IMG/VR virus record: IMGVR_UViG_3300043803_002450
DNA length: 64,000 nt
Direction: 5' to 3' (one strand)
Origin: an uncultured virus (IMG/VR IMGVR_UViG_3300043803_002450)
Taxonomy: Duplodnaviria > Heunggongvirae > Uroviricota > Caudoviricetes
Under the pieces are notes generated by a model. That model was not told where the DNA came from and did no database searches. It worked only from the letters and a program-made list of their open reading frames with translations. The position numbers and the translations under genes were made by a program. Shown piece after piece: positions 44,200-54,694 of this stretch. Each line of letters starts with the position of its first letter. The first letter of the stretch is position 1.

Positions 44200-45449
44200 T
44201 TAGAGACCAGCGACTACTGATGCAGCATAAGCCGCCAAATATTCCATGAGGTCCTCTTCTGAAGGTGCTTCAGTTACGATTTCTTCATGCTGCTTTTGAT
44301 GCTTGGTATATGCAGCCTTCAGAGAAAAATAAATGTGCTCCAAGAAGTAGCGATGGGAAGTGTTGGCTTCCATCGTGATGACTTCTTCCAGCGTGGTCAG
44401 CCAGTTTTCAAGGTCTCTTGTGCGGAAGCTCCAGAACACGCAAGGCTGGCCACCGTTCATCACCAGCTCATTCTTTTCAGTGAAAGCAGATGTGCCGAGG
44501 GAATCGTGAGAAATCGTTGCAGCCATGATCGGCTTGCGAAGAACTCCCTAATTGTGCAGGGGCGATGGGAGGGGCGTCAAGGGGCACTGCCATTAGCGCT
44601 GCTTATGGCTTTAGCGCTTTCTCCAGCCAACGGCCAAGAAGTGGCAATTGCCAATGGGCTTCAGCACCACGTGCTTTCCTGCCCTGGTAATAACGTTTTG
44701 GAATGCCTGCCTCTTCACTTTGTTCAGGGGCTCGCAAGGCTCTTCCAACCAGCTCTTCGCCCAGTCGGCCAGCTCCTCAATGTCGCATATATCGGCTGTT
44801 TGCAGCACGAAATGCCGGCCACGCTGCCCTATCTTCTGCCATGCCGGATGCACTGGGGGCTGCTCCTTCGCCACCTTCTGGGCTTCTTCTTTCAGGATAG
44901 GAGGAATGCAGATGCTCACCATTGGCGGCAGCTTATCAAAGGAAGAGTTGTCCACAATGGTCACAGGAGATCGTGGTAGCTTTCTTCGTCGTCGCCGTTG
45001 AATACTTCCTCAGGATCGCGCCCGGTCTCTTCTAGCTTTTCAAGCACTGCCTGGTTGATTTGCTTGCGCATGGCACTGCGGTAGTCTTCGTCTCCACCGA
45101 AGCTCCCCACCTCTTCCAGTAAGCGAAGAGCAATGTTCAAGGTGCTGATGTCTCGCAAGGTCATTAACGATTCAGCCATGGCATCATTGTCAATGTGCTC
45201 TTGAAGAATGCCTTGGTGATAGTCAAGCCATTTGCCAAGGGCGACAATGCAAATCTGTTTCAAGGCTTCATCGCCATATTGCTCCACTTCTCTGTCTACG
45301 AGCGTGGCGATTTCAGGAGACATTGCAAAGGTGGCCGGATCTGTCAGGAACGGCTCCAGCCCTTCTTCAACTGCTTGACGCTTGCGACTTTTGGCGCCTT
45401 CCACCTGCTGCAGGAAATGGCTAACGGAATCAAAGGAGAAGGAGTCCAT
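44200..45449 (-). other. Three hypothetical genes (44200-44526, 44611-44964, 44961-45449)
   Basis: Same-strand ORFs with plausible protein composition. Confidence 0.6.
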
Positions 45450-45518
45450 GGAGAAAGGCAACAAACAAAGCTTGCCGGGGCATGCGGCCATTGTCAAGCA
45501 AGACAAGCTTAAGCCTTT

Positions 45519-46247
45519 CTAACCATCGGCCGGAAGGAGGGGCCTGCTGCTACCAGTTGGTTCTCCATCATCATCAAACTCAGGCTCACTGGCTTCTGCA
45601 TCAATGGCCCCTGCTCTCGTGCTGGAGTTGGATTCTGCTTCTTTTATCTTCTTCACTTCTTTGCTCAGTGTGTCAAGGAAATTCTTGTAGCCGCTCTTCC
45701 CGTCTTCCAACTGAGGCTTCACGTCGAACAATCCAATGAGCTTTGCCTGTTGCTCGAGACAGCTTCTGGCAATGCCTAAGAAGCCACTCTCGCCAGCGCT
45801 TTCTTCAATGCGCACGATGGCTTCGTCAGTGCCTTCTTTAATGGTCGTCACCCTTTTGCGCTTACTCGCCTCAAAGGCTTCAAGCGCTTTCTCTTTCAAA
45901 TCGTGCTGCTCTTGAACCAGCCTTGCCCGCCAAGCATCCTGACTTTTAAGGATTTCGTTGGTCCAGATTTGACGGTTGTGAATGCGGTCGCTACTGACAG
46001 TCTCTTTTGAAAGCTTGAGCACGTCTGCAATTTGCTTATTGCTCATGCGTGCTGCCAAAAGCTCTTGCACCATGAAGCGTCTTTGTCCCGTCAGGTCTTT
46101 GTCATAAGGGATCTTGCCAGGACCAGAACCGACCTTGTTGCGAATGCGATCAATTTGCTCTGGAGAGAAGCCTGCTTCGACAAGCACTTTCGTAGCGTAT
46201 TGGAGCTTCTCTTCTTCCGAGGCAAAAGAAATGTCTGGTTGTGGCAT
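45519..46247 (-). CDS. Probable terminase small subunit (HTH plus helical oligomerisation region)
   Basis: MSNKQIADVLKLSKETVSSD HTH and C-terminal CLEQQAKLIGL motif typical of TerS; acidic tail. Confidence 0.6.
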   Translation of the reverse strand: MPQPDISFASEEEKLQYATKVLVEAGFSPEQIDRIRNKVGSGPGKIPYDKDLTGQRRFMVQELLAARMSNKQIADVLKLSKETVSSDRIHNRQIWTNEILKSQDAWRARLVQEQHDLKEKALEAFEASKRKRVTTIKEGTDEAIVRIEESAGESGFLGIARSCLEQQAKLIGLFDVKPQLEDGKSGYKNFLDTLSKEVKKIKEAESNSSTRAGAIDAEASEPEFDDDGEPTGSSRPLLPADG

Positions 46248-46592
46248 GACGAGACAATGGGAGGGGGTTAAAGGGGCTGATTGCCTTTGCCAATAAGGCT
46301 TCTGGCGAACAATGCAGAGAAGCGCTCTTGTTTTTCTGGCGTGACTGTTGAAGGGCTTTCTGAAATGGCCTTGCGAAGAACATTCAGTTCTAGCCACTCC
46401 TCAGGAGAGAGCAATGGGAAGGGGAGAAACGGAGCGCTCATGCAACAGCTAAAGAGTACAGAAAGAATAATGAAGAAAGAAGAGCCACGAAAAATATGGC
46501 ACCAAGAATTCCACTGATGATGCCAATTCGCATTTCATGCTCATGGATTTTCTGTGCAATCAAGGCGTTGATTTCTTCGCGGCTCATTGTCA

Positions 46593-46907
46593 TCAAAACA
46601 TCTCCTTTGGTTGACAATAAACAATGCTTTCTTTGTGACCAAGAATCTCGTAGTCTCCAAGGTCGTCTGCCAGTTTCTTTCTCACCTTGAGCTCGTCTTC
46701 CATTGCCTGAAGCTCTTCTCCATAGTCTTTCTGAGCTCTTTTTTGCAGACGAATGGTTCCGTAATCTTCGCTCTTGTAATCATCGAGCCCGTTGTCTGCA
46801 AGTAACTGCCTGATGTCCGCTTTGCATTCACTTTCAAGATCAGAAAGAGCCTGTTGATCAGCTTTGATTTTGGCAAGCTCCTTAAGGAGCATTTCCATGT
46901 CTTCCAT
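46593..46907 (-). CDS. Hypothetical coiled-coil protein
   Basis: 104-aa ORF. Confidence 0.55.
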   Translation of the reverse strand: MEDMEMLLKELAKIKADQQALSDLESECKADIRQLLADNGLDDYKSEDYGTIRLQKRAQKDYGEELQAMEDELKVRKKLADDLGDYEILGHKESIVYCQPKEMF

Positions 46908-48773
46908 GATTAGTAATTGCTAGGAGAAGAAGCAAAGTTGCGGTCGATTAAGCTTTGGATTTCTCCCAAGCTTGCTCGCCAATGTCGCTCATTGTTCAAG
47001 TCTCTAGCGGCATAGAGAATGCGAGAGGGAGGAAGAGGGCCGCGATCAGGAATGGAATAGCCATGGTGTTGATAAATCTCAATGGCAGTTCCGTTGTGCT
47101 CCATGGAAGGGAGGCGATCGGGCTTTGGAGGCGCCTTGGGCATCGTGGAAAGAAGAAACAACGGCCGCTTGACAGTGTGCTCGCTTGGGGCTCGCTCTTT
47201 TCATGCGGCCCATCAACAATACAACCTTTCGAGAAGAAAAGAGTATGAGAGGATGGTTAAGAAACGCCGTCTGATCAGGCTCGCCTTGGGGCTCGCTTGC
47301 GCGAACGGCGTTTCTGGCGAAGGTTATCGAGAATACGAATAAATGACGTTTATCGAGAATCCTGATAACTCCTTTCCCTTTCCCATAGCTCTCCTTCCAG
47401 AAGAAGCGCCGCAGGGCAAGGTGCGACAAGGTGTCCCCAGGCGCGTAGATGCGCTCGTAGCCACGGGACGATTGTAATACTTGTCGCAAGCCCAAATGTG
47501 CCAGCCAATAAATTGGCACAAGGTTGACGAGGGTTGGGGCGTGTGTACCATGGCAGGGTTGTCTCTTCAATCCATGCAAAACGACACTGACCTAGCCAAG
47601 GAGCTGGCTCAGACAATGGAACGCGGTCCAAAAGCTCGATTCGGCTTCTTGCTCTTTGGCCTGCTGGGATTCTTCTTTCCTGCCTTTGCTTTTACCGTGG
47701 CGGCCAAAGGAGTGGCCAAGGCCGTGGCGAAGGTGCCCTCCGACAAATTGGCGGAGCTTCAAACTTTCCTAATGGAGATTTATGACTGATCACAAGGCAA
47801 CTCCTGAGCAATGGGCACAAATCGCAAGCTGGAAGGAAATAAGAAGCTTGCGCGACGCTTGCTTGCTTGACCTTCTCGACAGGGTTGAATCTTTAGAAGC
47901 CAGCATCTGCCAATGGCGCATCGATCACTTGCGATTAGCCAATGCTTGTGCATCAATGGCTCCCGATCGCAGTAAGTTTTTCAGCGCTTTGTTGTCTGAT
48001 GGCGAAGACGAACATGCCACTGAAATCAATTAAACCCTTCTTGCTCTTTTCTCATGTCTTTCATTAAAAATCAAAATGCCATCCAGGGTTATAGCTACAT
48101 TGACTTCGGCATTGACTTTGGCCGTCGCATGACAGCCGAGCAAGTTTTTGCTTTTGCAAATCAATTGCAAGAGACCATCAGCAAAGAGGCCAAGCACGGC
48201 TCTTATGTTCAAATTAAATCCATTCTTCTTGAGCACCCAGAAGATGACAAATGACGAAGAGCCCAAGATCATTCGCCTCCCTCGCAACGGCCCAAAGCCA
48301 GGGCAGAGCCTTAACCACTGGCTCCATGGGAAAGACAAAACTGAGCAGCGAGAGCTAGAGCGTCTTCGTTGGCGGCATGAAAACAGGGGGCGCTAGCCCC
48401 CTTTCTCTTTGCCTGGAAGTTCGCTAGGGATGAAGCCTAATTCCGGTCGCGCAATCGAAAAGAAGGCCCTCGCCTCCTCCTCAGAATGCCAGGCGTAAGA
48501 TAATGGCTCAAACGAACCATCTTGTTTTTGCAGGCCAATGCACCAGCCTCCGCTGCATGAAGCAACAAGAAAAGGAAGATCAGGCACGATGCCAGACTAT
48601 TGACCAAGACCAAATTCGTTGCGAAGAAAGGAACCTTCTTCTTCCCCCTCTTGTTCTTCCTGCTCTTCAATGGCTTCTTCAATGGCAATGGCCTCTTCAA
48701 TGGCCTGAGCTTTTTCTTCGCTTGATGCTTGCTTGTCCCAAATGATCATGATTGGTTCCTCGATGCAGACAGT

Positions 48774-50714
48774 CTAGAAAAATTCTTCTTCTTCGGCATC
48801 CTCGACGGAAAAATCTGGTTCTTGATAGTCCCATGAATGGTAAGCTCTAGTCTTTTCGCCATTGGGACCATTAACAAAACTGCTAGTAATTAAGCCTTGC
48901 CTGCGTGCAATCTCAAGCATCTTGCCCGTTGAAGACGTGTCGAAGCTTCCGCACAGGCTTGCCACTTGATGCTTATTGAACCGCTCCGTCTTGCGCATGT
49001 TGACCACATTCACCACTTGATTCAGCTCCTCGAGAGAGCCCCCGAGAGGCCCTGCATAGTGCCACCCATAATTGAGGCTGTCTCGTTTTAGGACATGCTT
49101 GCCCGTCAGGCCACTACGGCTTTTGAGCCATTCCAAAGTGAATTCATTGGGGTCGAAGCTCTCTGAGCGCGTTAGCTTGACCACTTCACTGACGTTGTCT
49201 ACAAAGCTGGTCGAATCTCGCAGCCCCCCGCTTTTGTTCAAATGGTGCAAGATGACAATGGAGCAGCGGTAGGTGTTGGCCATGTCGCGCAAGCCATAGA
49301 TGGCATCACCAGCAGAGCTCTTTGCAAGATCCACGTTCATGCCCGCAAGGCAAGCAGTGAGACTGTCGATCATCACCAGTGAAGGACGTTCTTTTCTGAT
49401 GTAGTCTTCAAGCTGCTTCATGTGGGCAAAGCGCCAGGTTTCCCAGAAGCTGATGTCGCCGGGTTCAAGCCCAGCATCTTGGTAGCCAATCACTGAAAGC
49501 TTCTCTGCCGTGTCAGTCAGAGGCTCATCGGCGCTGATCAGCAGGCATCTTCCCTTCATGCACCTCCTGCCGCTCCATGGCGTACCAAGGCCAACATGCA
49601 GGGCCCAGTTGTAAAGCAATGTCGTTTTGCCGGTTCCTCCTGCTGCAGCAAGAAGCGTCACGCTACCCAAGGGCACAATGCCGGCAATCAGCCAGTCGCG
49701 AGCTTTGTCTGAACTGGCGATGGTGAGGGCATCAATGCTTTCAATTTCTTCTTTTCCATGCACTCGTGTTTTGGCCTCATCAATGATCTTCTCTATGTTT
49801 TGCTGCGTCATCTTGACGCCACGCTGCTCTAGCCAATAGTTAGTCTCATAATTGATGCGAGCCTCGTTGGCATAGAGGCCCACAAATCCTTCAATGGTAG
49901 AAATGATTTCTTCATACGAAGGCTTCCCATCGGTGTTTTTATGGCGGCTTTTTGAAACAATGGAAGAAAGCAAGTCATCTTTCGTGGCGCCTTCTTCGAT
50001 GTAGTCTCCAATGTCATAGCCATTGCCTGACGGCAGATTGTCCCATTCCCAGGAGCGAGGATCGGCATAAAGCCACTGTGCTCCAGGATTATCATTGGCC
50101 ACTTCTGCCATAAAGGCCACGCCCTGCTCGTCTCTGTCGGGACACAGAACAAGCTGACGCCCTTTGAACAAGCTCGAATAGTCACCATTGGTGCGGTACT
50201 GCTTGGAACCACCAAGAAAGGTGACGCAGGGCAGTTCGATTGCCCACATGGATTCGCAAGTGAGCTCGCCTTCGACGATAAAAATAGGCAGGCCGGTGGC
50301 TTCGCTTTTGGCAATGGCTTCGTGATATTTATAGGGCAGAATCTTTGTCTTTACTTCCTGAAGCTGGGCTTTATGGCCGCTCGAGGATTTTTCAATCGTG
50401 GGAAAATCTTGCCAAATCCTTTTGCTACCGCTTGTGTCGTCACGATGAACGACGACAATTTCGGAGCCTCCTCTGTCCTGGTATGAAAAGTCGTAACGGC
50501 CAGGACTGCGTGGTGGCTTCTCCCATCGTGTCAGCGGCGCAAGAGCATCTCGGATGTCGGCGCGGTGGGCAGGAGAGGGGTCGTGCCAGCAGTTGTAGCC
50601 TCCAGTATTCTTGTTGACCGTAAAATCGTTGCCACCACACGCCGGGCAAAGAAATTTCCCCTTTTCGTTGCTGGGTTCGAGCTGGTCAAGGTGGTCAAGG
50701 ATGGAGAACGCCAT
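48774..50714 (-). CDS. Primase-helicase (Zn ribbon + TOPRIM + RecA-like AAA_25 helicase)
   Basis: CPACGG, IVEGE, CPDRDEQG, GYDIGD, AAGGTGKT, VMIDSL, ILHH motifs. Confidence 0.9.
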   Translation of the reverse strand: MAFSILDHLDQLEPSNEKGKFLCPACGGNDFTVNKNTGGYNCWHDPSPAHRADIRDALAPLTRWEKPPRSPGRYDFSYQDRGGSEIVVVHRDDTSGSKRIWQDFPTIEKSSSGHKAQLQEVKTKILPYKYHEAIAKSEATGLPIFIVEGELTCESMWAIELPCVTFLGGSKQYRTNGDYSSLFKGRQLVLCPDRDEQGVAFMAEVANDNPGAQWLYADPRSWEWDNLPSGNGYDIGDYIEEGATKDDLLSSIVSKSRHKNTDGKPSYEEIISTIEGFVGLYANEARINYETNYWLEQRGVKMTQQNIEKIIDEAKTRVHGKEEIESIDALTIASSDKARDWLIAGIVPLGSVTLLAAAGGTGKTTLLYNWALHVGLGTPWSGRRCMKGRCLLISADEPLTDTAEKLSVIGYQDAGLEPGDISFWETWRFAHMKQLEDYIRKERPSLVMIDSLTACLAGMNVDLAKSSAGDAIYGLRDMANTYRCSIVILHHLNKSGGLRDSTSFVDNVSEVVKLTRSESFDPNEFTLEWLKSRSGLTGKHVLKRDSLNYGWHYAGPLGGSLEELNQVVNVVNMRKTERFNKHQVASLCGSFDTSSTGKMLEIARRQGLITSSFVNGPNGEKTRAYHSWDYQEPDFSVEDAEEEEFF

Positions 50715-50865
50715 TCAGCGGGCATGGGAAGCGCTCCCTATCATGGCAGCCCCGAACGCTAGCTGCAAGCAGGCTTTTTAATGGTTTAACGAAGATGCCA
50801 TAAGGAGCCCTGATGGCACAAGGGCTTGCAAGAGGGCATTGTGGGCCTAAACTCAGGAAGCCAGT

Positions 50866-51120
50866 TTGGAGGCCATGCCCAAAAGCCCTTACGAAGGCGG
50901 CAAGAAACGCCGCCACTTTACCCTGTCAGATCGAGCCTACAACCATCTTGGTGGCTTGGCTGATGGGGCCAAGCTCTCGCGCTCTGAAGCGCTTGAGCGT
51001 CTCATTCGCTGTCAGGCGCTGTTAGAAGGCGAATACACGCTTTCCGACGATGCCTGGCCTGAAGTCACCGACTTCTCTGCCTCTGATTTTTCTTCTCCTG
51101 AAAACGAACCATGCAACTGA
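50866..51120 (+). CDS. Ribbon-helix-helix DNA-binding protein
   Basis: KKRRHFTLSDRAYNHL..LA....LSRSEALERLIR. Confidence 0.7.
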   Translation: MEAMPKSPYEGGKKRRHFTLSDRAYNHLGGLADGAKLSRSEALERLIRCQALLEGEYTLSDDAWPEVTDFSASDFSSPENEPCN

Positions 51121-51556
51121 AAGCTCTAATTGACACTCTGAATAAAGCTCGCATTGAAGCGGGAGATGAAGCAGAAGTGTTTCTTTGTTTCGAAGAAACT
51201 GCCCTAGAGGAAGGGTACGACGAAAATTGCACAGAAGCAATTAGCGACGTGCGCCTTTTAGAAGACTGGCCGCTTCCCGGCAAAAGTCTGTGCTTTTCCG
51301 AAGGAGAGAAAGCCCAGAAGGTGGTCATCTTTTATGACAACCATTACAAGCTTGACTCTGCAAAAGGGGTGGCATGAATCTTCAAGAATTCACGGCAAGG
51401 CTTGATGAGCTTGATGATCACATTGCTGCCGTGCTGCAAATGTTCGAAGATGACACTGGCGTAAAGGTCGGGAGTCTCTTGGTCACGATCAATCAAGATG
51501 GTGATTACGAAATGACCACCGGCCTCGACTTTCCCGCATCAAAAGATGCAGAATGA
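51111..51556 (+). other. Two short hypothetical genes (51111-51377, 51374-51556)
   Basis: Coupled ORFs in the recombination operon. Confidence 0.55.
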
Positions 51557-52530
51557 AAAACTCTCTTCTCTTTTACGACCCCAGCCATTTCCAAGACATG
51601 ACTCTTCCCGTCACTGCCGTCAATGAAGCCATGCTAACTGAACGAATGCTCGGCCACTTCTCCCCTCTTGAGATTTCCTCAGAAGCCTTCACCAAGGCTT
51701 ACGAGCTGCCTATTGGCGATCACGTGGAGAAGAACTATAAAGGCCTCTCCTATCTGTCATGGCCCTTTGCCTTCCGCTACTTGAAGGAGCAATTTCCTGC
51801 TGTTTATGTGGCCTTTGAAGAAAAGGAAGCTGGCTGGCCGGTGTTCGGTCAAGAGGGCTGCTGGCTGCTTCGCCCCTATCTCACCGATGGCATCAAGCGC
51901 ACTCCTGCGCTGGTGTTTCCCATCATGGACAACAAGCACAGCGCCGTAAAAGCTCTTGATGCTCGTCAAGTGAGCGACAACATCCAGCGGGCTTCCGTGA
52001 AATGCATCGCCACCTTCACTGGTCTTGGTCTCAAGCTCTACTCAGGCGAAGACATTCCTAAAGCAGACGATGAAAAAGAGCAATCTCCCCGGCTCCCGCT
52101 TCAACAGGAAACTGCGAAGCCGTCTGCGCGGCGAAGCACGAAACAAGAGACGCCTGTGCCTGCTGATGATGCAATTGGAGGAGCTGAAACTGCTCCCTCC
52201 GGTGGAGGAGCCGAGTTCGATGGCAAAGCAGCGCTTCTTAGCTTTGGCGAAGCCAATCCCCTCGGCTACCCAGACCGCGCCACAAGCATGAAAGCTGTCA
52301 AGGCTGGGCTTGAAGCTCTTGGGCTTACCAAGGGAGAAGATGTGAAAGACAGGGAAATGTTTGCCAATGTGGTGACAACCATGGTCACATCATGGACCAA
52401 GGCCCAGGGTATCAAGATCACCAAGACTGACATGACCAAGGAGATTGATTGCCTGCGAGCTATTTGCTCGGAAGGGTCAGTTGACAATGCCATTAAGGGG
52501 GTGTCTGTGTTCGTGGAAGGAAAAAAGTAG
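51553..52530 (+). CDS. Single-strand annealing protein (Sak3 / DUF1071-like)
   Basis: GLSYLSW..A, FPIMDNKH, IQRA.VKCIA..GLGLKLYSGEDIP; lies before exonuclease and SSB-like genes. Confidence 0.85.
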   Translation: MKNSLLFYDPSHFQDMTLPVTAVNEAMLTERMLGHFSPLEISSEAFTKAYELPIGDHVEKNYKGLSYLSWPFAFRYLKEQFPAVYVAFEEKEAGWPVFGQEGCWLLRPYLTDGIKRTPALVFPIMDNKHSAVKALDARQVSDNIQRASVKCIATFTGLGLKLYSGEDIPKADDEKEQSPRLPLQQETAKPSARRSTKQETPVPADDAIGGAETAPSGGGAEFDGKAALLSFGEANPLGYPDRATSMKAVKAGLEALGLTKGEDVKDREMFANVVTTMVTSWTKAQGIKITKTDMTKEIDCLRAICSEGSVDNAIKGVSVFVEGKK

Positions 52531-52614
52531 ATAGGGCAGCAGCCGCGCTTGCGAGAAGTTTTGCAGGCGCGGTTATTGCCGACAAGCTCAATACCCCTCT
52601 CGCGGAAGACTTCA

Positions 52615-52851
52615 GTGATCTCTTTAGTCAGCCTCAAGCATTGCCCTGAATGTGGCTCTTTGTGGCACGACAAGCCAATTCCAGAGAAGAGCCGTTGGCT
52701 ATTTGGAAATAGCGAATGGTTCTCGAGAGTGATTGCCATCAGCTCTTGGCGGCAGGATCGTTGTATTGCCTATCAGTGCCCTGACTGTCACACTTGTTGG
52801 GACAGGGACACTGGCGCCATCATTGACTCTTACGATTTGACCGTGCGATAG
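52615..52851 (+). CDS. Zn-ribbon protein
   Basis: CPECG...CPDC; GTG start at 52615. Confidence 0.6.
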   Translation: MISLVSLKHCPECGSLWHDKPIPEKSRWLFGNSEWFSRVIAISSWRQDRCIAYQCPDCHTCWDRDTGAIIDSYDLTVR

Positions 52852-53648
52852 TGGCTTGTTACGACCTCGCCGTGTCTAAAGCTATGCCCTCGTTCGAGCG
52901 CTTCGAGCCCAGGCGCATCAGTCTCAACGGGAAAAGACACTACATCTGCGAAAGCTTCCCGAATGTCCCAGAGGGCGTGCTCCTTCCTTCTGTCACTACC
53001 GTGCTGTCTTCCATGGCACCGGTGGCGAAGATCATGGCTCTCATGAACTGGCGGAAGCGAGTGGGAGATGACGAGGCCAATAGGCGCACAAGGCTTGCCG
53101 CCAATCGCGGCACCTGGCTCCATGGCGTCTTGGAGGATTGGTTCAATGGGGAAGACATCGAGCACCACCTGGAAAAAGCAAAGGAATGGGCCGTCTACTT
53201 CCAGACCATAGATCCATTCTTGGAGCACATCGCGGAGCCGGTCTTAGTTGAAAGCGCAGTGGCTTGGTTCGACCTCGACAGGGAAATTGGCTATAGCGGC
53301 ACGCTTGATATGGTCGCAAAGATGGCTGATGGTCGTACTGCCTTGATCGATTGGAAGACAAGCTTCAAGGAAAAGCCAGATTACCAACTGGCCGACTACA
53401 AACGACAGCTCGGGGCCTATTCAATGGCAGCAGAACAAATGTACGACACCTCTATTGACGAGGCCTGGTGCGTCATTTCCTGCTTCGACCCAGAGGACCA
53501 GAAAAGCAAGAGCATTCTTCAGTTGGTCCACCTTGATGGTTTTGAGCTGGTCAGCCAGCAGCGCATCATGGCCGATACGGTAAAGAGATATTTCAATGCG
53601 TGGTACCCCGGCGGCAAGGCATTTGCGCTCACGATGGACAGGGGGTGA
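52851..53648 (+). CDS. PD-(D/E)xK exonuclease
   Basis: PSVTTVL, RGTWLH, YSGTLD, LIDWKTS, QLGAY motifs. Confidence 0.85.
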   Translation: MACYDLAVSKAMPSFERFEPRRISLNGKRHYICESFPNVPEGVLLPSVTTVLSSMAPVAKIMALMNWRKRVGDDEANRRTRLAANRGTWLHGVLEDWFNGEDIEHHLEKAKEWAVYFQTIDPFLEHIAEPVLVESAVAWFDLDREIGYSGTLDMVAKMADGRTALIDWKTSFKEKPDYQLADYKRQLGAYSMAAEQMYDTSIDEAWCVISCFDPEDQKSKSILQLVHLDGFELVSQQRIMADTVKRYFNAWYPGGKAFALTMDRG

Positions 53649-53720
53649 CAGGGGGCTTCGAAGGGGGTAAGATTGGCAGGCCCACAAAGGGCTGTACCAT
53701 CACTCCCCTGGAGAAACACC

Positions 53721-53972
53721 ATGGCTGGAAAGCCTCCTATCACCGCTGCAATCGACCTCACCCCTGACGTGCTCAACGCACTGAAGGCTGCTGGCCCCAA
53801 TGATCGCGGCAACTACTCTCTCGACCTTGCCGTATGGGAGAACACCCGTCGCACTTCTGACCGCGCTCCCGGCTATACGGGCAGCGTCAAGGTGAAGGGC
53901 GCAGATCGCGACGCTCCCAAAGGCTACGCTTCTGTGTGGACCAATATGGGCGGTTCTGACGACCTGTTCTGA
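53721..53972 (+). CDS. Putative small single-stranded DNA-binding protein
   Basis: Follows SSAP and exonuclease; AVW...APGYTGSV; acidic DDLF C-terminus. Confidence 0.6.
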   Translation: MAGKPPITAAIDLTPDVLNALKAAGPNDRGNYSLDLAVWENTRRTSDRAPGYTGSVKVKGADRDAPKGYASVWTNMGGSDDLF

Positions 53973-53976
53973 AAAC

Positions 53977-54001
53977 AAGGGGCTTCGGCCCCTTTCTTTT
54001 T
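53977..54001 (+). terminator. Intrinsic terminator
   Basis: AAGGGGC-TTCG-GCCCCTT followed by TCTTTTT. Confidence 0.85.
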
Positions 54002-54098
54002 ATGGAATACCTGCTCACCTTCATTGTTTGCTTTGCTCTTGGCTACTTTTTCGTCGGTCTTTTGATTGACCGCAATTGATCCTTTTCATTAGACAACC

Positions 54099-54692
54099 AT
54101 GCTTCTCACTGACAAAGAAATCAGCAAGCTTGCTGAGCTTGATATTTTTACGCCTTATGTTGGCGAAAAAAGCCGCAGCTTGGACGATGGCACGAAGGCC
54201 ATCTCTTACGGTCTTTCACAGGCTGGCTATGACATCAGGCTCTCTCCTGATCAGTTCTTAGTGTTCGATGGGAAAAGTTGCAAGGGCAGAAGCAAGCCCT
54301 TCCTTGACCCCAAGCTTTCAGACGCAACCATTCCTTACGATGCTCCGCTCGTGCATGGCATCAATGGGTCGTGCTTCATTCTGCCCGCTCATAGCTTTGC
54401 TCTTGGCGTGAGCCTGGAGCTCATCTCTATGCCACCAAGCATCATGGGCTTGTGCGATGGGAAAAGCACGTATGCACGCTGCGGCATCATCATCAATGTC
54501 ACTCCTATTGAACCTGGCTGGGCTGGTCATTTGACCATGCACATTGCCAATCCCACAGCATTTCCAGCCCGCATTTATGCCAATGAAGGCATTGTGCAAA
54601 TTATGCTCGTGCAGCTTTCTAGTAATGTGGCACAGTCCTATTCAGGGCACTACCAGAATCAAGGCGCTAAGGTGCAGCTAGCTGCTGTCTAG
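54099..54692 (+). CDS. dcd: dCTP deaminase
   Basis: ISYGLS..GYDIRL, GKSTYARCG, TPIEPGW.G, IYANEGI.Q, YQNQ. Confidence 0.92.
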   Translation: MLLTDKEISKLAELDIFTPYVGEKSRSLDDGTKAISYGLSQAGYDIRLSPDQFLVFDGKSCKGRSKPFLDPKLSDATIPYDAPLVHGINGSCFILPAHSFALGVSLELISMPPSIMGLCDGKSTYARCGIIINVTPIEPGWAGHLTMHIANPTAFPARIYANEGIVQIMLVQLSSNVAQSYSGHYQNQGAKVQLAAV

Positions 54693-54694
54693 TC

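Noticed and set aside
52851..53648. Cas4 / CRISPR adaptation role for the exonuclease
   Set aside because: Lacks the four-Cys Fe-S pattern and sits in an SSAP-exonuclease-SSB recombination operon
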